From a bacterium (lineage in GTDB: Bacteria > UBA8248): 64,000 nt of DNA. Numbering within the stretch: the first letter of the stretch is position 1; every line of letters starts with the position of its first letter. The translations under genes and the position numbers were made by a program. The notes below the pieces were generated by a model that saw nothing but the letters and a program-made list of their open reading frames with translations, was not told the origin of the DNA and did no database searches. The DNA lies in the NCBI GenBank assembly GCA_965213625.1, contig CBDBZU010000004.1:3808001-3872000 (forward strand). The letters are read 5' to 3'. This document shows positions 1 through 8,711 of the stretch, piece after piece.

Positions 1-261
1 TTCCGCCAAAAACGTCTGATCGCCCCTGAGCGGGGTGTGGTTCTGCACCATGCCATGCCCTTGCGCATATTTACCGGTCAGCATCGACGCGCGGAATGGA
101 CAACAGACCGGGTAGGAGGCGTAGGCCTCGGTAAATTGCACGCCCTCGCGGGCCAACCTGTCGATGTGGGGCGTCCTGATTACGGGATTGCCCGCGCAAC
201 TCATGGCGTCGTAGCGCATCTGATCGGGGTAGATGATTAGAATATTCGGTCGTTTATTCAT
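1..261 (-). CDS. Sulfatase (Cys-type), N-terminal part; continues beyond the left window edge
   Basis: Not in the ORF track. Reverse strand from ATG at 261 reads MNKRPNILIIYPDQMRYDAMSCAGNPVIRTPHIDRLAREGVQFTEAYASYPVCCPFRASMLTGKY. It has the classic sulfatase N-terminus (PNILII.DQ, TP.ID.LA.EG..F) and the CxPxRxxxLTG motif. ATGA overlap with the tctA stop. Confidence 0.93.
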   Translation of the reverse strand, partial: MNKRPNILIIYPDQMRYDAMSCAGNPVIRTPHIDRLAREGVQFTEAYASYPVCCPFRASMLTGKYAQGHGMVQNHTPLRGDQTFLAE

Positions 262-1769
262 ACGTCTTCGATTCTCCCAGCTTTGCGGCCCTTGAGCCAC
301 TCGGTCACAGTACCCCAGAGTATCGTCAGCGCAAGGGCGGCATAGATGGACAAGCCGATGGGCGTGTTGAAGAATTCTGCGGCGCTGCCGTCAGCGATGG
401 TCAAAGATTGCCGGAGTGAGTTTTCAAGTATCGGTCCCAACACGAAACCGATAGATAGCGGTGCGATGGAGTAGCCGAGTTTTCGAACGACGTAGCCCAA
501 TATGCCGGCGGCGATCAGAACGCCGACATTGAACAAGCTGTTCGAAACGGAATATATCCCCACGAAAGACAGCAGCATGACCGTGGGCACGATCACCGCC
601 GTCGGCACCATGATCAATCGCGCCGCGAAGCGGATTGCCACAAGCCCGATGAACATCATCAGGATGTTAATCAGAAAAAGGCCGATGAAGATCGAATACA
701 TCAAATCGGGCCGTTCCGAGAAAAGCCTCGGCCCCGGCGCAAGCCCCTGAATGAGGAACGCGCCCAGCAACACCGCCGCGGCAGGACTGCCCGGAACGCC
801 CAGCGTTAACGTCGGCACGAGCGCGCCGCCGACTGTCGCGTTGTTCGCAGTCTCAGGCGCGACGACCCCTTCCGGAATACCGGTTCCGAATTTCTCCGGC
901 TCTTCTGAACGTCTCTTCGCCTCGGAATAGGCGAAGAACGCGCCGACCGCCGCGCCCTCACCCGGGATGATGCCGATCACCGTGCCGATGATGGACGAGC
1001 GAAAGATAAGTTCCTTCATTTTCCCTAGTGTTTTCCACCCGGGCAGCTTGGCCGTCAGGCTCGCCTGGCTGAATTCGATTTTCTGAAGCGCCCGCTCGGC
1101 GCCGATCAGCACTTCGGACATGGCGAAAATCCCTACAAGAAACGGAACAAGCGGCAAACCGTCATAAAGGTGGTAGCTGCCGAACGTGTAGCGCTCGGTG
1201 CCGTTCAGCTCATCGAGCCCCCAGGTCGTCAGGAAAATCCCCAATCCCCCGGCCAGAAGACCCTTGGCCAAACTTTGACCCGCCACACGCACCACGACCA
1301 CGAGTCCGAATACACTGATGGCGAGGTACTCGCGCGGGCCGAACTTGATCGCCAGTTTGGCGAGCATCGGCGAAATAAATGCGAGGCATACGACGCTGAC
1401 GAGTCCACCGATGATGGACCCGGTGAGCGACAGGCCCAGGGCCTCGCCGCCGCGCCCGGCCTTGAACATCTTGTGGCCGTCCTCGACGGTGGCGATAGCG
1501 GCTCCAGTACCCGGGATTCCGACGGCGATGGCGGAGATCGAACCGCCGTAGACCGCCGCGGAGTAGATGCCCAACAGCAGGATGAGCGAAGGAACGGGGT
1601 CGAGGTAGAAAGTAAACGGCAACGCCAACGCGATGGCGATCGGAGGGCCGAGACCCGGCAAGATGCCGATAATCAAACCGAGAACGATGCCACAGATCAA
1701 CAAAACGCCGCTGATCGGTTGCGCGAGTTGCGAGAGCGCAAGGATTAGAGCGTCAAGGTTCGCGTACAT
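258..1769 (-). CDS. tctA: Tripartite tricarboxylate transporter large permease TctA
   Basis: 503 aa polytopic membrane protein with G.LPGLG, YGGSISAI..GIPGT and PETANNA..GGALVPTLTLGVPGS motifs. Confidence 0.93.
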   Translation of the reverse strand: MYANLDALILALSQLAQPISGVLLICGIVLGLIIGILPGLGPPIAIALALPFTFYLDPVPSLILLLGIYSAAVYGGSISAIAVGIPGTGAAIATVEDGHKMFKAGRGGEALGLSLTGSIIGGLVSVVCLAFISPMLAKLAIKFGPREYLAISVFGLVVVVRVAGQSLAKGLLAGGLGIFLTTWGLDELNGTERYTFGSYHLYDGLPLVPFLVGIFAMSEVLIGAERALQKIEFSQASLTAKLPGWKTLGKMKELIFRSSIIGTVIGIIPGEGAAVGAFFAYSEAKRRSEEPEKFGTGIPEGVVAPETANNATVGGALVPTLTLGVPGSPAAAVLLGAFLIQGLAPGPRLFSERPDLMYSIFIGLFLINILMMFIGLVAIRFAARLIMVPTAVIVPTVMLLSFVGIYSVSNSLFNVGVLIAAGILGYVVRKLGYSIAPLSIGFVLGPILENSLRQSLTIADGSAAEFFNTPIGLSIYAALALTILWGTVTEWLKGRKAGRIEDV

Positions 1770-1778
1770 CCCGGTTCC

Positions 1779-2240
1779 TCAGGAAAATTGAACGCCGAGG
1801 AGCCGGCTGAAGACGGCGTAGATGATCCCGGTCAGTACGAGCACCGTGACGTAAATCCGGATGGAGCGCACGCCCATGGCCAGCAGGCTCAATGGTCCCA
1901 TAAGAACCGCCATGGGCAGGAAGCCGGCCCACGACCACACGAGGTAGCAGAAAACCGCGACTACCAGCATCAGGAGGCCGCGCCGCGCATCGCCCGCGCT
2001 CCCGAACACTGTCCGCTCCGCATCGCCGCCCGCAAAACCATGCAGCGCATACCGTGCGCCCACGACAATCGCGCAAAACGCCGTAAAGCCCAGCATGAGC
2101 TGCGGAAAGAATTTTGAGGGTAAACCCGAACTCGCGAGCAATCCGGTCGCCTTGAACCCTTGCGCAAGCGCGCCGAAATAGGCGCAGGCGATGACCACGA
2201 TGAATGAAAAAACGATGTTCGCCGCACGTTGTGTCAGCAT
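1779..2240 (-). CDS. tctB: Tripartite tricarboxylate transporter small permease TctB
   Basis: 153 aa, about 4 hydrophobic segments, FFP motif, ends VFSRLLGVQF, lies between tctC and tctA. Confidence 0.85.
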   Translation of the reverse strand: MLTQRAANIVFSFIVVIACAYFGALAQGFKATGLLASSGLPSKFFPQLMLGFTAFCAIVVGARYALHGFAGGDAERTVFGSAGDARRGLLMLVVAVFCYLVWSWAGFLPMAVLMGPLSLLAMGVRSIRIYVTVLVLTGIIYAVFSRLLGVQFS

Positions 2241-2315
2241 GTTCGATGTCTTCTAGGAGGTGACGAGTGGCGCCGCGCAGGCCTTCCTACGCGGCGCCAT
2301 GAGGCCATATGGCTT

Positions 2316-3287
2316 TTATTTGCGCAGCATACCGAGGCCTTTGAGGATCGGCGAATAGAGAGCGATGCCGCCTTTTATGCTCTTCTTCACCGCTTCGGTG
2401 CCGTGAATCCACTGTAAGGTGATACTCTTCGGAACCCTGGCGGCGAATTTTTTGTTGTTGTACGCCTTGTCCGTAGCCGCAAGGAGCTTGTCGACGATCG
2501 CTTTCGGAGTGCCCGCTTTCACCGCAAGACCTCCTTTGATCCAGACACCGGCTTTCTTGCCTGGAAAGGCCTCGCCAACGGTGGGTATCCCGGGCAGATC
2601 TTTCGCAAAGAAGCCTTTGCGGTTGTTGTCGAGGATGACCAGCGGGCGAATTTCATTCTTGTACGCATTGATGGAGGCGATCTGGCCCACGGCCGCATCC
2701 ACCTGACCACCAATCAGGCCCACCAAGGATTTAGGTACGGTTCTGAGCACCACCGTTTTGAATTTCAGCCCGAATTCGCTGGCGAGTTGCACCGCGCTCA
2801 GGTTGGGCGGCGCGCCGATATTGTTCACGCCGATGGCCAGCTTCTTGGCCCTGGCGCCTTTGATAAAATCTTTAAAGTTTTTGTACGGGCTGTCCTTGCG
2901 GACATAAAGCACGGTCGAGGTCCCGACGTCGGCCAGCAGCGGTATGAAATCCTCCAGCGGCTTGTAGGGGACCTTGCGGGTCAGCGGCACGAGCAGGAAG
3001 CTCGGCGGCGACCACCTGAATAACGTGTAGCCATCGGCCGGAGCTTTCAAGACGGTCATCGCAGCCGGAATATGCGCGCCGCCGGGCTTGTTCACGACTT
3101 TGACCGGCACGCCGAGAACGTTGCCGAGCGCCTCGGCATTCAGCCGGGCCAGGATATCGGCGTTGCCGCCCGCCGCGAAGGGGACGACGAGCGTGATCGG
3201 CTTGTCCGGATATGCGGCAAGCGCGGAACCTGAACCGAGGAAGATTACAGCCAGGAATGCGATGGCAATCGTTTTCCAGATTTTCAT
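2316..3287 (-). CDS. tctC: Tripartite tricarboxylate transporter substrate-binding protein (TctC/Bug)
   Basis: Signal peptide followed by YPDKPITLVVPFAAGG..D..AR, V.VVNKPG and APADGYTL. Start placed at ATG 3287 after GAAGGGAG. Confidence 0.92.
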   Translation of the reverse strand: MKIWKTIAIAFLAVIFLGSGSALAAYPDKPITLVVPFAAGGNADILARLNAEALGNVLGVPVKVVNKPGGAHIPAAMTVLKAPADGYTLFRWSPPSFLLVPLTRKVPYKPLEDFIPLLADVGTSTVLYVRKDSPYKNFKDFIKGARAKKLAIGVNNIGAPPNLSAVQLASEFGLKFKTVVLRTVPKSLVGLIGGQVDAAVGQIASINAYKNEIRPLVILDNNRKGFFAKDLPGIPTVGEAFPGKKAGVWIKGGLAVKAGTPKAIVDKLLAATDKAYNNKKFAARVPKSITLQWIHGTEAVKKSIKGGIALYSPILKGLGMLRK

Positions 3288-3581
3288 GGAGAGTTCTCCC
3301 TTCATGGAAGCGAAACATTGCGGATATTATATTTCCAGATGTTTGGACGTTAGCCGGGGGCGCATAGTTCGTCAACCCACGATTCAAGTCGATTGGGCGG
3401 CGACATCGATCTCCGGAATCGACTCCAACAAGCGAATGAATTACATTTGTCGTGATACGAACGAAATGAGGCGATAATCCAGAACCACAGAAAACCTTTC
3501 TGGCCGGTGCTCTTTGCACTGAATGCGGTTGTGAACAGCGCTTAACAAGGGTTGTCTCGTAGAGTTTGGAGAGCCAATAGC

Positions 3582-4523
3582 TTGAGTGGTGCACCAAAGA
3601 ATTGTTGTGGCCCTTCGAGATCGAACGAACCGCTCGGTAAGACGGCGACTGTGACCGAGGGCAAGACACGAGAATACGCTCCGTGCGGCGTGGAGATACC
3701 CGGCGGGGAGTCGTTTCTTGGCACGGATTCACCGCAAATTGCAGGTGACGGCGAGGGTCCGTTGCGGACGGGTCGAGTGAAGTCCTTCCGTATCGGCGCC
3801 ACGGCCGTGACCAATGGAGAGTTCGCCAGGTTCGTGGAAGAGACTGGTTACGTGACCGAGGCCGAGCGGTTCGGATGGTCGTTCGTCTTCTGGTCCGACG
3901 TGCCGGACAGCGTGGGGGCGACCGAAACCGTTCCCGGTTTCGAGTGGTGGCGCAAGGTAGAAGGCGCGAACTGGCGAAACGTGAACGGGCAAGACTCGGA
4001 GGATGCGGCTTGTAAACCGGAGCATCCGGTCGTGCAGGTTTCATGGAACGACGCAGCCGCTTACGCGCGGTGGGCCGGCGGGCGGCTGCCGAGCGAAGCG
4101 CAGTGGGAGCACGCCGCCCGGGGCGGACTGGACGACGCGCCGTTTCCCTGGGGCGACGAAGAGCCGGATGATACCAGCCGATTCCCCTGCAACATATGGC
4201 AAGGCCAGTTTCCGAATCGAAACACCTGCGCCGACGGTTACGCGGCGACTGCGCCGGCGGAGTCGTTCGAGCCCAACGGTTATGGGCTCTACAATATGGT
4301 GGGTAATGTCTGGGAGTGGACGGCGGATACCTATCGCGTGAAGTCGCGGAGCAAGAATGTGCGGCGGCGGCTGAACGCGATGCGGGGGTTCAAGCTCCTG
4401 AAAGGCGGCTCTTTCCTCTGTCATCGAAGCTACTGCTACAGATACCGGATTGCCGCCCGAACGGGCAACTCGCCCGACAGCACGACGACGCACCAGGGCT
4501 TTCGCGTCGTCTGGGATGCGTGA
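3582..4523 (+). CDS. Formylglycine-generating enzyme (sulfatase maturase, SUMF1/FGE family)
   Basis: HPVVQVSWNDA, RLPSEAQWEHAARGG, NGYGLYNMVGNVWEW, KGGSFLCHRSYCYRYRIAAR (both catalytic Cys) and GFRVV. Start TTG 3582 is estimated; the ORF is open from 3552. Confidence 0.93.
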   Translation: MSGAPKNCCGPSRSNEPLGKTATVTEGKTREYAPCGVEIPGGESFLGTDSPQIAGDGEGPLRTGRVKSFRIGATAVTNGEFARFVEETGYVTEAERFGWSFVFWSDVPDSVGATETVPGFEWWRKVEGANWRNVNGQDSEDAACKPEHPVVQVSWNDAAAYARWAGGRLPSEAQWEHAARGGLDDAPFPWGDEEPDDTSRFPCNIWQGQFPNRNTCADGYAATAPAESFEPNGYGLYNMVGNVWEWTADTYRVKSRSKNVRRRLNAMRGFKLLKGGSFLCHRSYCYRYRIAARTGNSPDSTTTHQGFRVVWDA

Positions 4524-4645
4524 TGTCCGCCCGGATTGCGTAAAGGCGCACTGGGTAATCTAAGCATCTGGTGTTGGGGGGGACAGCGCGGAGCGCTTTT
4601 GCCGCATAACAGCCAGGAGATACTGGAGTTCATCACGGCCGAGGC

Positions 4646-4704
4646 GCGCGGTGGGCATTAGGCGGCCTGCGGCGACGGCGAGCGGCATGACTCCCTGAAG
4701 AACA
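4646..4704. repeat. Imperfect 59-bp direct repeat, copy 1 (copy 2 at 8092-8150)
   Basis: gcgcggtgggcattaggcggcctgcggcgacggcgagc... matches copy 2 at 48/59 positions by manual ungapped alignment; the first 17 nt are identical. Confidence 0.8.
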
Positions 4705-4770
4705 GTCCCTCCCACTCGGGGCTGTTGAAAAAGCCTTTGTCACGGTAGCAACCCCCCAACCCCCCTTGTC

Positions 4771-6290
4771 GGGTCTGTTGAAAAACCCGGTGTTGGAAGC
4801 GGGCGTTTTGGCGGCTCACGCGGCGGCGGAGAGGCAGCCCAATCGGCGCGTGAGGGCGCCATGTGTGCGCAGACGGCGTCTCCAGGCGGCACAGACCCTC
4901 CAGAGGGCGAATAAACGCGCCGCAAAAGCGGCGGCCAGCCGCTTGAGGTTCACCGCTATCGCCGTCAGGTAGGACTGGATCCTCATGTTCGCAAGGCCCC
5001 GGCGCACCGCCCGCCCCAGTCCGTGCCAACTCTTCGCTTCGCCGTGGTAGCCCTCCGAGCGCCAACGGTGGCGGTCGTAGAGCCGCTTCTCCTCCTCCCC
5101 CCATCGCAAATGGCGACGACGCGCGCGCAACAGCGCCGGATACGCGTTGGGAATCAACACCGCCTTGCTCGTTTGCGACTTCGACAGACAATCGGACCTG
5201 AGCGCGCAGCCCGCGCAATCCCGCGTCTTCGATACATAGGAGCGCCCCCGCTCCGTCGCCTGCCGGGGACGCAGCGTCTTGCCTCCCGGACACTTCACCA
5301 CCTCGTTGCGCGCATCGTAGTGGAACAACTGCAGCGGAACACGGCTCTGGCTGGGTTCCTTCTTCGCTGGTATCAGCGCTTCCACGCCCCGCCGCTCCAA
5401 TTCGCCATAAACCTTCGAGTACGCGTAGCCCGAATCCGCCGTCACCATCTCCGGCGCGCGGCCCGACAACTCGCTTACCGCCTCTATATGGGACGCCATC
5501 ATCTCACGCTCGTTCCGCGTCCCCTCCGTCACCGACACGTCGAGAACAACACCCCGCTCATCGTCCACCGCCGCGTGCTGCTTGTAGCTCGGCTCGAACC
5601 CCGCCCGCGCGCTCTTGCGCGCAAGCCGCGCGTCCGGGTCCGTCCGGCTCACCCGACCCCCGCCACCGCGGCCTCCTCCCTTCTTCTCCCCCTCATCATC
5701 GACGGGATTCTCCCGAATCACCTTCTCCGCGTGGTGCGCCGCCAGACTCTCCCAGCTCACGTCCGCGCGTATCAACGAGGCGTCCACGTGTACCACTTCC
5801 CCCTTCGCCACATTCGCCTCCAGGCAAGCCTGCACCGTGCGACGGAATATCTCCTTGAACCGAGCCTCCCCCCACCGCTGACGAATCCGCGTCAGGCTCG
5901 AATGATGCGGCAAATCCTCGTGCAGCCCGTACCCGATGAACCACCGGATCGCCAGGTGCGCACGCGCCTCGCGAAGCAGACGCCGGTCGTGTACGTAGCC
6001 CAGCAACATACCCGCCAGCATCAGGCGCAACGCCACCTCCGGGTCGATCCCCGGTCGACCGTTATCCGCGCAATAGCAATCCGCCACCTCCGCGCGAAGC
6101 CAACTCAAATCCAGTACGCGGTCCACGCGCATCAGGACGTGATCCTCGGGGATCAACCGTTCCAGCGAACCGGCCACGAACAAATCCATCTGCTCGCGCC
6201 CCTTGCTGCCTATCATCGAGGGAACTCCCATCTCGGGCGAGATAGTGTCCTTACACCCAATCACAATGCCGGGGGTTTTTCAACAGCCCC
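4771..6290 (-). mobile_element. IS1182-family insertion sequence, 1520 bp
   Basis: 18-bp terminal inverted repeats gggtctgttgaaaaaccc (4771-4788) and gggtttttcaacagcccc (6273-6290), 17/18 match. 5-bp target duplication TTGTC at 4766-4770 and 6291-6295. Confidence 0.92.
4816..6216 (-). CDS. IS1182-family DDE transposase
   Basis: LERLIPEDH.L, GRPGIDP, HHSSLTRIRQR, VHVDAS, SRTDPDA, ADSGY, CP.G / C..C.LR..C and RWRSEGYHGEAK..HGL.RA motifs. Probable start ATG 6216; ORF open to 6264. Confidence 0.93.
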   Translation of the reverse strand: MIGSKGREQMDLFVAGSLERLIPEDHVLMRVDRVLDLSWLRAEVADCYCADNGRPGIDPEVALRLMLAGMLLGYVHDRRLLREARAHLAIRWFIGYGLHEDLPHHSSLTRIRQRWGEARFKEIFRRTVQACLEANVAKGEVVHVDASLIRADVSWESLAAHHAEKVIRENPVDDEGEKKGGGRGGGGRVSRTDPDARLARKSARAGFEPSYKQHAAVDDERGVVLDVSVTEGTRNEREMMASHIEAVSELSGRAPEMVTADSGYAYSKVYGELERRGVEALIPAKKEPSQSRVPLQLFHYDARNEVVKCPGGKTLRPRQATERGRSYVSKTRDCAGCALRSDCLSKSQTSKAVLIPNAYPALLRARRRHLRWGEEEKRLYDRHRWRSEGYHGEAKSWHGLGRAVRRGLANMRIQSYLTAIAVNLKRLAAAFAARLFALWRVCAAWRRRLRTHGALTRRLGCLSAAA

Positions 6291-6513
6291 TTGTCAGGGG
6301 GGCTTTTCTTCTACCCCTTCGTCGGGGGCATCGCCTTTACCCCCCTGATAAGGGGGGACAGGGGGGTTGCTTTTCCAGTCGAGAGAGTTGTCCCCTCTAC
6401 TCTCTGAAAAGGGGTCTTTTTCAACAATCCAATCTGTCGGGATTGACCACCGACCACGTCGCTCAATGTTCTCGGCCGCTGGGTGATCCGCCGCCGGCCT
6501 CGAATCTGTGCGA

Positions 6514-7788
6514 TCAGCTCTCCAGAGAAGCGAGCGCTTCCGCCCTGGACTCGTGAATCGGCAGAATATGGTCCAAGCCGGTAACCCTGAACTTTTCGCG
6601 AGCGCGAGCGGAACGTGCACAAAGAACCAGCTCCACAGCCCGGTCTTGAAGTTCCCGCGCAATCTGGAGGATAGTCTGCAGTCCGCAGTCGCTTATAACG
6701 GTAACGTCCCCCATATCCAATATAACGGCCCGGTCCGTTTCCCTGGTCGCGTTTTGGACTTCCTCCTCGATGGTGGTCGTGGTGGTCTGATCAATTCGTC
6801 CACTGACGTAGATAGACAAGACATCGGCATGTCGTTCAGTCGTTAAATCCATCGTTTCGCCGTCCAACGTATCCACCCTTGCAGTTCCAGGCGGCCTGGC
6901 GCCTGAATTTCTCCAGTATTCGCCCGGCGTGGCGCCGACAATTCGTTTGAACCACCGGGTGAAATAGGCCCGGGAAGAGAAGCCGCACTCAGCGGCGACT
7001 TCGGTGAGGGGAAGCTCGCCCGCAGCGATCAACACCTTTGCACGCTTGATCCTGAGGTCGGTGACGTAGCGGTGCGGCGCCTTCCCGGTGGCCACCTTGA
7101 AGGCGCGTGCGAAGTGGAACGGGCTGAGGTAAGCCTCATTCGCCAGCGTTTCGATGCTCAGGTCCTCCTCGAGATGGGCTTCGATGAATCCGGCGACGCG
7201 TCGAAGGCGCCGGGGGTCGAGGGCGCCGCGCGCAGGCGGCAGCGATTTTGAAGCGTGCGCCATGTTGGAATACTGGCGGACGACATGAATCCCGAGGGCC
7301 GCGGCCAGGGTCTCGATCAGCATCTTTCCGGCAGGCACCGGATCGGTCATCTCGGCATGGATCGCCCATCCGATCTGCTCAATCAGGGGATCGCGAAAGC
7401 CGCCGTGGTAATGCAGTTGGACAGTGTCCGGGTCGACATCGATTTCCCGGGCCACGGTTCGTGACAGAGGCAAATCGGGCAGGAAGATGTGAAGGCTCTC
7501 CTTGACTTCCCCGTAGAGGTGGATCATGTCCTCTTGAACGCCGTTGGGACAGAGCCAGACCGTGCCCGGGACCGCGTTGCAATATTGCAGTTCACCGTCG
7601 CCGCGCCGCCTGACATGCAACCGGCCCTGAAGCATGACGATGACTTCCGTATCGCGAACCTCAACCTCGCCGAGCTCGCCTTCGGTGTGGCTCCAGCGTT
7701 CGGCCAGCATCCCATCCCAGCCCATACTGGCGCCAAGCCGGGTTCCGGTGGTGTATTTCGCTTTCTTGTGCGTTCCTAAACTAACCAT
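6514..7788 (-). CDS. AraC-family transcriptional regulator fused to a C-terminal STAS (anti-anti-sigma-like) domain
   Basis: HTH region LSPFHFARAFK..TGKAPHRY...LTEVAAECGFSSRAYFTRWFKRIVGATPGEY, then MDLTTE..VSGRID..VILDMGDVTVISDCGL..F.VTGLD.ILPIHESR.EAL. Start ATG 7788 after GGGAGAG. Confidence 0.9.
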   Translation of the reverse strand: MVSLGTHKKAKYTTGTRLGASMGWDGMLAERWSHTEGELGEVEVRDTEVIVMLQGRLHVRRRGDGELQYCNAVPGTVWLCPNGVQEDMIHLYGEVKESLHIFLPDLPLSRTVAREIDVDPDTVQLHYHGGFRDPLIEQIGWAIHAEMTDPVPAGKMLIETLAAALGIHVVRQYSNMAHASKSLPPARGALDPRRLRRVAGFIEAHLEEDLSIETLANEAYLSPFHFARAFKVATGKAPHRYVTDLRIKRAKVLIAAGELPLTEVAAECGFSSRAYFTRWFKRIVGATPGEYWRNSGARPPGTARVDTLDGETMDLTTERHADVLSIYVSGRIDQTTTTTIEEEVQNATRETDRAVILDMGDVTVISDCGLQTILQIARELQDRAVELVLCARSARAREKFRVTGLDHILPIHESRAEALASLES

Positions 7789-8091
7789 TTCACTCTCCCA
7801 TCGAAGAGGCGACGCTATCAGTTGCATGACCCGTGTTGTCACTATTCGTCCAATTCAATTTAAGCCGTTCGGTTCGGGAGTCCATAGATTTACCAAGCAG
7901 CGGCGGCAAGAGAGCAAAACAGAGCAACGAAACAGCAAGTATCGGCATGGCGAGCCTGCCCCGCGGCCTGTCCGGCTGCAGAGGCGCGCTTCCCGTGAGA
8001 ATCATCCTCGAAGCGGAAGCGGGGGACAGATGGGATGGTATCAGGGAAGGCGGCGGTCCGGATTAAAGATTGCGTAAAATCTCCTGCCGGG

Positions 8092-8150
8092 GCGCGGTGG
8101 GCATTAGGAGGCCTGCGGCAACAGCGAGCCACATGGGCGCCTGAGGATCA
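8092..8150. repeat. Imperfect 59-bp direct repeat, copy 2
   Basis: gcgcggtgggcattaggaggcctgcggcaacagcgagc...; see copy 1 at 4646-4704. Confidence 0.8.
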
Positions 8151-8711
8151 TACCGCCCTCTTCGGTTGAGCTTGACTTTTTCCGGACCTCGCCACAAGAC
8201 GCAAGATGCGCATTTGCCCGCATTAGCGGTTATCGGGTCTATCTGAATCTCAACAATCACGCCGGGTATGAGCCGCATTTGCCCGTATTTGCCGTCGCCT
8301 TGTCCAAGATGCGCACGTGTATGATGGCGGAGCCAATCGCTTCGTCCGGAGAAAATGAATTTCCGGAAATATCGATAAATATAGATAAATTCACGGGGTT
8401 TATCTGTAAATAAATGTAAATTGTTTTCTTTGGAAATGACGCCGCTGCATTCGGGCGCAGGGGGATATTGCCATGGCCCGCGACTCATTCGATAACGGCA
8501 AATACGGGGAGTTGCGGGGAGTTGCCGTGGTGATATTCTCCCGGACATAAAAACCGGCTTTCATTTTTTTCATAGAAAGTATCCTGTTTCATATCAGTAG
8601 CTTATGGGGGATCGTCCCGCTGCCGCGCATCATCCCCGTAGCATGACGGCCCGGTTTGGTGATATACTCGGGAGCATCAATCCGTGATTATTCAGCATAG
8701 AGGAAAACGCA

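Larger units (their letters stand above)
4747..6371. repeat. REP/REPIN-like palindrome doublet split by the IS insertion
   Basis: Removing the IS and one TTGTC restores CCCCCCT-TGTC-AGGGGGG. An inverted near-copy CCCCCCT-GATA-AGGGGGG sits at 6340-6357. Outer arms are agcaacccccc and ggggggttgct. Confidence 0.7.
4718..6430. mobile_element. MITE-like relic (about 190 bp when empty) with IS1182-type ends, interrupted by the IS
   Basis: Outer ends ggggctgttgaaaaagcc (4718-4735) and ggtctttttcaacaatcc (6413-6430) share the inverted core TGTTGAAAAAG. No clear target duplication. Confidence 0.6.

Noticed and set aside
2872-4044. 390-aa minus-strand ORF spanning tctC and FGE
   Set aside because: Arg/Pro/Ser-rich off-frame translation overlapping two real genes
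4521-4661. The FGE TGA stop is followed by 45 open in-frame codons (possible second Sec readthrough)
   Set aside because: The TGA falls right after the normal family end (GFRVV), not at a Cys position; no suitably spaced SECIS hairpin; the extension resembles nothing I recognise
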